Below the pieces are notes generated by a model that worked only from the letters and a program-made list of their open reading frames with translations, ran no database searches and was not told the DNA's origin. 18,677 nucleotides of DNA from Ginkgo biloba (taxonomy: Eukaryota > Plantae > Ginkgophyta). Made by a program: the position numbers and the translations under genes. The stretch is from positions 158,715,498-158,734,174 of the forward strand of contig JANKJI020000004.1 in the NCBI GenBank assembly GCA_024626585.2. The letters run 5' to 3'. Of the stretch, positions 9,933-18,677 are shown piece by piece (position 1 is the first letter of the stretch; each line of letters opens with the position of its first letter).

Positions 9933-11227
9933 TAGGATGAATAAAATAATGTGGATCAAAATAAAGGAAAATATCAAAATATTCATACTAGGAAACCCTG
10001 AAAAAGGGAATATTATATGCATGTTAAGTGGATGAAGGGCACCAAGCCTTTAAACAAAGATAGTTCCCAAATAAAAAAATAACCTTACATAATGAGAAAG
10101 GTAAGAGATAAATAGAAAGACCACAAACTAACTAAACCAATTCTCCATGAGAAAATAATCCAAAGGGTGAAGTAAGGATATACTACCATTGTAAAGAAAC
10201 ATGGACCCATGAGTACAAATGAACCTATAAGAAATTATTCATGATAGAAGATGAAAGAGAGAACGATAATGAAATAGAAAGTAAAGAAGTGATCATGGAG
10301 GTACAATAAGAAGAACTAAATTAAAATAATAGTAATTATGGCAACATAATATAACCAATGAAACCACAAACCATGGTGGACTAGAGGACTAGATATTTCA
10401 TTTGCATCCATGATAGGGATATGATGACTTGATACTTTCTATAAAAATGGATTCATTAATAAGAGTAATCTAGTAGTAATGGTTGACCTAGGAAGTACAC
10501 TAAACATCCTAGATAAAAATATATATCAAGAGACTGGTTCTTTACATGGACAGAAGAAAAATTTCCCCTATAAGAAGTTCCCTCATATATGAAAATAATG
10601 TATGCAGGGATGGTGAGAAATATGGAGATAAAGTTAGGATACTACACACTTAAGGATTCCTTCCATGTGATGGAAGTGAGGGGAGTAGATGCAATTTTGG
10701 GAGTTCAATGGTTAACCAATTTAGAAATATATGGAACCAACTAAAGGAGGAATTCCTTATGTTTAAAATCTAGGGTCAAAAGTAATGTATTAAGGGATTA
10801 AAGTAAAGTGGGAATAAGGTGATAAGTTCACATAAAATGAATGATTTTCTATGAAAGGGTCACCTTGGATTCATAGCTAGATTATATTACATCAAAGCTC
10901 GATAGCCTATTGATACAAAATATACACCTTCAAAATAATAGAGTATATATATTAAGAACATACTTAATGGGCACCAATTTTTTTTTAGTTGTTACCAAAA
11001 GAGATGCTACAAGATAGGGATATGGAATATATAATTAATATAGATCTGAGTGAAGGACCAAAAATTGTGAAACCTATCATTATAATCGCCATCGAAACTT
11101 AGAATTTGATAAATTCACCTAGGATCTTCTAGATATCATGGTTATCATAGATATTAAAATCACTTATGAAACACTAGTGGTACTCACTTTAAAATATAGT
11201 TCATTCAAACTTTATATCGACTACTAA
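9933..11227 (+). pseudogene. Chromovirus-type Ty3/gypsy remnant D: gag C-terminal knuckle, aspartic protease and RT start, truncated at an LTR
   Basis: YYHCKETWTHEYK*TYKKLFMIE (10181+, decayed CxxC..W...H.C knuckle followed by an acidic tract); VVMVDLGSTLNILD (catalytic D at 10485, cf. IDSGSTHNF); GVDAILGVQWL (10682+); LPKEMLQDRDMEYII...VKP/YHY...VVL...SFKLYIDY ending at 11224-11227. Confidence 0.88.
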
Positions 11228-12742
11228 TGTAGGAGCATCTCAATAACACTTTGAAAAAGTTTCCAATTTTAAGGATGTAAGCGAGGCTGATGCAGTGATA
11301 ACATTTTGTTAAAATTGACAAGAATTTTAATGGAGCTTCGATGATCGGTAGAATCCCTATAAAGGATACCAACACTATAAAAGAAAGAGATAAATAACAT
11401 TGACATAATCAGGAAAATTAACATCAACATAAGATGGCACCAACATCAGAGAAGGGAAGAAAGGTATGATCGACACCATCAAGTAGAAACATATCAACAC
11501 TAATAGGAATTTTAAAATATAAAGTTATAGATAGAGATCACTGAAATGAAGTGGGGATCTAACAAAAGGGAAGTTATGGATTAAAATAGGGTAGTTCACC
11601 TATCTAGGTTCAATGCACTTAGAGTAAGAAGAGAAAGGCCTACGTAGGAGAGAAGATGAACGTTGATGTTACAAGAATGAATTCAATACTCCATCTACCA
11701 GGAAATAGATGGACAAGAAGAAAGGTGATGAGAGGATAAAAAAAATTATTATGGAGCATTAATGGTAGGAGTTATTGAAGAGTAGTTAATTATCACTAAC
11801 TGAGCTATTAGAGGAAATAAATATGCATGCCCATTCATTTAAATCAAGCATAAAATATAGGATGAAGAAGGAGGGTTTTTTTTCTTCTTTTGGTGAATTG
11901 GTAGTGGAGGTGAAGGAGTTGATGGGAAGGTAGTTGTAGAGAAAATAATATATCATTGAATGAGAGTCCATCTGAGGGAGTTGTTGTGCGATTGAAAGTA
12001 AGTGCACATGTAGGGCTCAAGTGTTGGATAGAGTGAGGTAGAGAGTGAGAAGAAATTGGGACTAGGAATATCATTGAGAGAGATAGCTCAAAAGGGTGAT
12101 GGGAAATGTATTAATCCTAAGTACAACACCAAGGAGAGAAAACTCAAGGAGAGGGAAAATTACTGATAGATCAATGAGTTAGAGATAGTTGAAAAGGGCA
12201 TTGAGGATTCTACCAAAAGTGTAAAGACAGTGGGGGGAAGCTAATTAATGATCGAAGGGGGAAATACAAAGGAATTTTATAGTTATTATGGATTATTCAT
12301 ACTCCATGAGTTGTTGTAATGACCTTCTAATAGTGAGAAAGAGTTGAGTTGGTTGTTGTAAAGGTTGAAAAATATTGATTAATGACATCTAGAGTTTTAT
12401 TCCCTAGGAAGGTTTATCTAGTTAAAAATATCATCTTAATTTCTTTATGTACCCTAACATGTTAAATTTATCTTCAATTGGGTTCACTTACTAGTTGGGT
12501 GCCTCAGTATCCTAATTTTTAGTATATTCTTTCACTATTGTATTGATGAGTGTTATAATTGACACTATAGGCTATGATAACCCAGANNNNNNNNNNNNNN
12601 NNNNNNNNNNNNNNNNNNNNNNNNNNNNNNNNNNNNNNNNNNACTGAGATCCTAAATTCATGTGCTATCATTATTAGTTAGAATGCCACTAATAGGTGTT
12701 GATGAGGAGCATCACAGAATGACAACACCCCACCCTATGTTA
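11228..12742 (+). repeat. 5' LTR of element E (~1.5 kb)
   Basis: Starts TGTAGG at 11228, exactly where RT remnant D stops. Ends ...ctatgtTA (CA->TA), 2 nt before the PBS. Aligns with 13482-14637, e.g. aaattgacaagaatttta and cattaatggtaggagttatt.aagagtagttaatt. Confidence 0.85.
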
Positions 12743-12744
12743 GT

Positions 12745-12756
12745 TGGTATTAGAGC
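12745..12756 (+). promoter_or_regulatory. Primer binding site complementary to the 3' end of tRNA-iMet
   Basis: tggtattagagc is the canonical TGGTATCAGAGC with one C->T change, located immediately after the LTR end. Confidence 0.85.
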
Positions 12757-12957
12757 ATAGTTGATCATTAAGAAAATAGTCAAAAAATATTGGTTGGTAG
12801 GGAAAAAAACTCAAGATGGTACCCAGGATGGAAAACAAACTCATTTAGGTAGTGGATNNNNNNNNNNNNNNNNNNNNNNNNNNNNNNNNNNNNNNNNNNN
12901 NNNNNNNNNNNNNNNNNNNNNNNNNNNNNNNNNNNNNNNNNNNNNNNNNNNNNNNNN

Positions 12958-13431
12958 CCATGTCAGATAGTTAAGAAAATTAATGATAATGCATATGAAG
13001 TGGATTTACCTATAGAGTATGATATTTCACCCATATTCAATATTGTGTACTTATATGAACAATTAGAAGAAGAAACAGTCGATTGGTAATAACAAGTGCC
13101 AATAAAAAGGAAAGTGTTAGATAGAAAGGTAGTGGAGACCAGAGGAGGCAGTTATAGTAGATATCTAATGAAGTGGGATATCTAATATAACAATTGTGTA
13201 CTTATATGAACAATTAGAAGAAGAANNNNNNNNNNGATTGGAAACAACAAGTGCTAATAAAAAGGAAAGTGTTGGATAGAAAGGTAGTGGAGACCAGAGG
13301 AGGTAGTTATATTAGATATTTGGTGAAGTGGGAAGGGTTACCCCATAAAGACAACACCTAGATCATAGAAGAAGATCTTAGAAGTTTAGAAGAAGAAAAG
13401 AGGAAGAATTTTGAAGATGAGTGTTTGTAGG
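12958..13431 (+). pseudogene. Integrase C-terminal GPY/F-like region plus chromodomain of element E, with an internal tandem duplication
   Basis: PCQIVKKINDNAYEVDLPIEYDISPIFNIVYLYE, then VLDRKVVETRGGSYIRYLVKWEGLPHKDNT*IIEEDL (chromodomain YLVKW.G.....TW, with W->stop). Confidence 0.88.
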
Positions 13432-13449
13432 AGGACCTATAATTTTTTG

Positions 13450-13461
13450 TAAGGGGGATTA
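13450..13461 (+). promoter_or_regulatory. Polypurine tract of element E (decayed)
   Basis: ttttttg-taagggggatta lies directly before TGCA at 13462, the 3' LTR start, and downstream of the integrase stop. Confidence 0.65.
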
Positions 13462-14637
13462 TGCANNNNNNNNNNNNNNNNAAGTGCCTAATTTTGAGGA
13501 TGTAAGTGAGGTCAACACAACGATAATATTTTATTGAAATTGACAAGAATTTTAGTGGATCTTCAATGGTTAGTAGAATCCATAAAATGGATACCAACAC
13601 TTTCAAAGGAAGGGAGAAAGAAGATCGACATCATTAGGAAAATTAACACTAGCATCATTAGAGAAGGGAAGAAAGGTATGACCAACATCGTTAAGAAGTA
13701 AAAGACCAACATTGATGAGAATTTTAAAATACAAAGATCATTAACATGAAGTGGGGATTCAAAAAAAAGAGTAGATATGGAGTAAGATGAGGTAATTCAC
13801 CTATCTAGATTCAATGAAGATAGAGGTCAAAGAGGAAGGCATGCATGTGAGAGAAGATTAATGCTAATGGTATAAGGATGTATTCAATACTCTATCTATT
13901 AGGCAATAGAGGGATAAGAAAAAAGTTGATATGAGGCTACATAAATTCATTACAGATCATTAATGGTAGGAGTTATTAAAGAGTAGTTAATTCTTACCAA
14001 CTGAGCAATTAGAGGGAAGAAATATTCTCACCCATTTGTTTGAATCAAGTATAAAATCCCAAGACAAAGAAGAAGGAGGGTTTTTCTTTTCTTTTAGTTA
14101 ATTGGCAGTGGAGGCAAAGGAATCATTAAGAAGGTATTTGTAGAACAATAAATGCATTACTGAGTGATAGGCCATCTAAGGGAGTTGGTGTACGATTGTA
14201 ATCCAGTGCCCTTGCAAGGCTCAGGGGTTGGAGCCGAGAGAAGTGAGTTAGAAGGTGTGAAGTAAGAGGGATGGACGGATCGCTGAGGGAGGCACTTCAG
14301 AAGACGATGGTGAATGTGTGGACTCAAGTAGAAGCATCGATTGAGGCAACTCGAGGAAGAATTAAAGACCAGATAGNNNNNNNNNNNNNNNNNNNNNNNN
14401 NNNNNGGTAGCGACGTTGAGGATTCTGCCGAGGAGCAAGTTAGTTTATTAACCACAAGTAGATTCATTGACGGAGGCAACTTGGGGAACTGTTTGGTTGG
14501 TTGTAATCTATTGAGAAGTTGTAAGCGATTGTAATGACCCTCCGATAGTGAGGAAGAGTCGATTTGGGCTATTGTAATGATTTTTGATTGTGGCTTAATG
14601 GTACTTGGAGTTTTATTCCTTGAGAGGGTTTCTCCAG
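13462..14637 (+). repeat. 3' LTR of element E (runs into a gap)
   Basis: Homologous to 11228-12421. TATA-like TATAAAA at 14050-14056 (the 5' LTR counterpart reads cataaaa near 11849). The last visible bases gagttttattccttgagagggtttctccag match gagttttattccctaggaaggtttatctag near 12392-12421. Confidence 0.85.
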
Positions 14638-14737
14638 NNNNNNNNNNNNNNNNNNNNNNNNNNNNNNNNNNNNNNNNNNNNNNNNNNNNNNNNNNNNNNN
14701 NNNNNNNNNNNNNNNNNNNNNNNNNNNNNNNNNNNNN

Positions 14738-14861
14738 GTTGATAGGGCAGAAATTTGAATGAACCATCGCCGGCGCAAGGCCATGCGATTCGTTAAGTTA
14801 TTATGAATCACCAAGGAGCCCCGAAGGGCATTGGTTTTTTATCTAATAAATACATCCCTTC
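14738..14861 (-). rRNA. Partial (124-bp) nuclear 18S rRNA gene fragment, 5'-domain V2 region, filamentous-ascomycete type
   Basis: Reverse complement: gaagggatgtatttattagataaaaaaccaatgcccttcggggctccttggtgattcataataacttaacgaatcgcatggccttgcgccggcgatggttcattcaaatttctgccctatcaac. The conserved eukaryotic SSU blocks (tatttattagata, ttcaaatttctgccctatcaac) are present. The variable parts (accaatgcccttcggggctccttggtga; cgatggttcattc) match my recollection of Pezizomycotina rather than land-plant 18S (which has cgacgcatcattc). Confidence 0.93.
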
Positions 14862-16674
14862 TATAATTTGATATTTGGTGCATGGAATATGATTGGAGCT
14901 AGTTTGATCGGTGGTATTCAAGAGACTGAGGAAATACATAATTTATATGGCTAACACAATCTCACCTTCATATTTGAGAGTATCATCACTAGAAAATTGG
15001 TGTTGGTTGAGTTACCAGAGAATCCTATAGAGCTAATTGATTTTGGCTTGATATTTGGTGGATTCCATACTATTATAGTATGCCACTTGAAAGAATAGAG
15101 ATCACCTTGCTCTCATTACAACCAATACTTACCTTTCAATTATGATCTTCTAAATCTAAGTCTTCTAACTAAATATCAAGCCTTTAATTAATTGAGGAAT
15201 TATAACTCATCATAGGTCAATATAGATTGATCCAAATATGGTAGGAAAAAAAATAATATTTCCAATTGGTAAAGGACTTTAGATAGATTCTAATAGAACT
15301 TGGATTATGTTTTATAAATGTGGAAGAGAAATGAGATGGCAAATCATTGTCCAACTTATTATGGAAATAACTAAAGATAATAAAATTATTTTTGACTTTG
15401 ACAGTGTAATAATACCTTTCTTCTTCCTCCTCTAAAACTTGAAACTTAGTCATATATATAGGCTATATAGGTGGATACCCCTTAAAATCCACCAATGAAG
15501 ATCCTTCTACCTTGTGGCAGAATCTAATAAAATTGAGGTGGTTTGGTTAGTTAATAATGACCTTTAATTGGTTGGATAGAGGGACAACTCTTCAAATTTG
15601 ATTTTATTTTTTATTTTCTTTACGAAATAGAGTGTTCCACTTATTAACACAGAGTTCTCAATTTTTTTCATCTAATAACATGCTATGATATGGATAATAT
15701 GGTTAAAGGCATGATTATGGGAAACATGGTCATTTTTTTAAACAATTAGGTATTTTAAGAGGCATAAAAAGATAATGAAGTGTAAATTAGATTTGTTGAA
15801 ACTTTNNNNNNNNNNNNNNNNNNNNNNNNNNNNNNCAAGGACCTGCACAAGAAAGAGTTAGTGACCTATTTTATTAATTTTTGGATATAAAATTACATGG
15901 AAGGCATAATAAATAACTATTCTCAGAGATTTGGCCTAGTCTACCCCATGCATCTAGATGAAGGGCCCATAAATTACCTCTCATTACATAAGATAGGCAT
16001 AAACATTCCATTTTTATATCACATTTTTTCTCTCAATAAAGAGAAACTCATTAGGGTATAATGATGTTGTGAATTATGAGTATCCAAGAAGTTGTGATGA
16101 GCCGGAGATTTGATGGTGTCATCTATACATAAAGTGTTTAAAGATATGATTACCTAGGTGATCATCTTTCACATTGTATCTCCTTGGTATGTGTTGGAGT
16201 CACATTACTTAGAATTAAACCATGATAGATCTTATTGTGGTTGAATAAGTCTAAATCTCTTAGGTAGAATATTTTCCATAGATGATTCATGAGTAATCAA
16301 GAGTTTGTGTAAAATGTAATATGAGAGGGAAATAGTGTTGAAGAATTTGTGAGAGTGTCAATGAATAAATTATATTCAATAATATTTTTGGTTATGTGAG
16401 GTATAAAGAGGCCAATATTTATCAAGTCATCCCTTCAAAAAGTTTTGATAATCTAAGAAGTTGTTGAAGGGCCCAAGTTTCCTCTACTAACTTTGTCTAT
16501 AAATATGATTATAGGTTCATTGAGTACTATTCAAGCCATTATTTGACATTAATATGTTGTCTGCGGTTTAGAGNNNNNNNNNNNNNNNNNNNNNNNNNNN
16601 NNNNNNNNNNNNNNNNNNNNNNNNNNNNNNNNNNNNNNNNNNNNNNNNNNNNNNNNNNNNNNNNNNNNNNNNNA

Positions 16675-17068
16675 TGTTGGTGACAGATTGTCAAATCCAT
16701 ATTAGGATATTCTAAATGACTTATAAATCTAGGATTAGCCATCCTATTAAAGCAAATCTTAGAACAGAACTATAGTTGGTGCATCTTCTATACATAAATA
16801 AAAAGGAAAACTTATTTACTAGATTACCTTAGTAAAGTTTGCTATCAACATCCGGTGTGTTTGATAAGAGAGTGAACATTATTGTTAATGTGTACATCTT
16901 ATGTCTTATTTAATGTTTTGGGAACATTAGATGTCTTTATTGAAGAACCTATAAGATTATTTATATATAACTTCCTTGAAATTATAGATTAATGGATCTT
17001 GTAGAGTTAACATAGGCCTGTCTTCATTTTCTTGGTTCTTGAAAGACAATCATAATAAGTTGGTATCA
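16675..17068 (+). mobile_element. Possible LTR (or LTR 3' part) followed by a truncated tRNA-iMet PBS
   Basis: tgttgg at 16675, right after a gap; ...cataaTA agt TGGTATCA at 17051-17068 resembles the ...AACA-nnn-TGGTATCAGAGC junction. Only 8 PBS bases match, and no second LTR or coding domain is seen. Confidence 0.35.
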
Positions 17069-18677
17069 TGTCATTCCAATTTAAGTCCTTTTTCTTGCAT
17101 AAATAATATAGCCAAATATTTATTTTCTATTAGATTCATTATTCCTACATAATAATTGAATTCTCGGTGGAGTGTGAAGCATGAGGATATAAAGATGTAT
17201 TTTGAGTTGCCTCTTAAAGTGAAAGAGAGATTCAAATTATTTAGTATAGAATATATTTTAAGATCCTTGAATACTCGTCTAGAATTATTGGACAAATATT
17301 TTCTTGACAATATATATCTCTCAGAATGAATCCTAGTTTGGCTATAGGCTTGTGGGTAAAGACACTTTTCACCTATCCCTCATTAGAATATAATCAAGAT
17401 GATACCTCTTAACAAATATCTTCTTCATATGTATCTATTCCTCTATCTATATATTTTAATTTCTCCTTAGAAATTAATAATATTATCACTTCCTTAGTTG
17501 TTAATTATCCTAAGTGGGAGAGTTGTATGATTCAATTTCTATTAGTAGAAGATGATGTCCTTAAATATTTATCTTTAGATAGTTTAGAATATTCTATATA
17601 GCTTACTTGGATTTATTACCAATTATCCTTAGAATACCATCTATTTTTTATCTTTGTATCACCTTTATCCTCCTTGGAAATTAATATTTTATAAATATTC
17701 AAATTAATCTCCTATTTAGGTCCTTCGAGAGTGTCCCCTTGATCTAGCCTTCTTGTTCCTCTTCTATGATTTTTTTAGCACTTTTACCACCACTAATTAT
17801 AGTGACACTAATAACTCCAAAAGAGGCATAAATTTAAACCTCCTTGATACGAATCCCTATAGTGGTCAATCATGGACTATATATAGTTCCTCCTTTATTA
17901 GTACCATTGCTAATATATAATGGTTTGTATGAACCNNNNNNNNNNNNNNNNNNNAAACCATCATATTATTTTATTTCCTATCACCTTCAATCATGATGCC
18001 AAATATGGGTATGTTACATCTAACCATTATTAAATTAGGTCATGGTACTAAATGGCATCCTTATTGATTCCCTAGTTTTCTTAGGATAATGAAAATTGGC
18101 AAGAACTCAACAAGCATTTAGGATACAACAAGGAGTGAAGGAATCGTACAAAATTATGCCAACTAGTTTAATATGTACCAATAGAAAGTGATAACCCAAG
18201 TCCATGATAAAACTTTAATGTCCTTTTTTAAGAATGGACTACATACGACAACTTGGTGGGATTTACACTAGAGTAAGCCAACTACTCTAGAATAAGCAAT
18301 CTAGGTAGTTTAAAATTTTGAGGATGACTTAAATGTGATCATAAGGATAGATTTGAGAGTAAGGTATTGTGATTTTTATTCAACAAGATCTTTGTAGGGT
18401 CTTTAGCCTCTACTTATATATGATTTAGTACTAGAATTGTATCCTATATATGTGAAACAACCCACACCTCTAGTACATCTATAAAAAACACAACCCAAGG
18501 AAATAAAGTTATAAACAATAGTTCATATTAGAACTCATGCAACTAATCATGTAATAGTATTAGAATAATAAGCCTTATTAGTAATACACTATTTTTCTTA
18601 GTTAATCAATACCATGATGGCCTTATGACAAGAATATGTTAATAGAATATATAATTTTCTATAGGAGTATTGGGGTC

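Larger units (their letters stand above)
11228..14637 (+). mobile_element. Two-LTR chromodomain-bearing Ty3/gypsy retrotransposon E (CRM-like); most of the interior is in a gap or deleted
   Basis: Direct repeats at 11228-12742 and 13462-14637+, a tRNA-iMet-type PBS after the first, and integrase C-terminus, chromodomain and PPT before the second. The 3' end is hidden in a 100-N gap, so the TSD cannot be checked. Confidence 0.85.

Noticed and set aside
14271-14534. 87-aa ORF in the GC-richer part of the 3' LTR
   Set aside because: It is inside an LTR, spans an N gap, and is not conserved as an ORF in the 5' LTR.
14862-14915. Frame reading YNLIFGAWNMIGASL, reminiscent of the cox1 N-terminus
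   Set aside because: Similarity lasts about 12 residues, needs a gap and does not continue; most likely chance.
14862-16573. Unassigned AT-rich DNA, including the 78-aa ORF at 15217-15453
   Set aside because: No recognisable domain, terminal repeat or internal repeat was found; probably old repeat debris, but this is unsupported.
17070-17936. Possible minus-strand gag/protease remnant (YQGGLN...; CQENICPIILDEYS)
   Set aside because: Too decayed to support by eye; a tBLASTn or HMM search against REXdb would be needed.

Overview
AT-rich, CpG-depleted plant-type intergenic DNA from a gappy assembly (six gaps of exactly 100 N look like unknown-size placeholders). It consists mostly of old, nested, stop- and frameshift-riddled Ty3/gypsy LTR-retrotransposon remnants; the Tat-like protein motifs resemble gymnosperm elements (inference). 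I see no intact host gene, and the supplied ORFs are incidental or fragments of these pseudogenes. Left to right: a Tat-like pol remnant (+, ~640-1888); a non-coding block whose 570-bp end (2340-2910) recurs inverted at 8190-8750; an RT N-terminal half and a Pro/Gln-rich gag-like region on the minus strand (2934-5040); a duplicated motif-rich regulatory region plus a 41-bp dimeric minisatellite (5100-7020); the matching RT C-terminal half with RNase H on the plus strand (8748-9832); a chromovirus gag-protease-RT remnant (9933-11227) interrupted by a two-LTR, chromodomain-bearing CRM-like element (11228-14637+); a 124-bp undecayed ascomycete-type 18S rDNA fragment (14738-14861); and poorly resolvable decayed repeats. 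The most notable observations are an apparent ancient ~5.8-kb inversion that split one RT gene at its D-N-Y codons and left an inverted duplication, the fungal-type 18S fragment, and a mosaic 3' LTR. I found no evidence of a new functional biological system.
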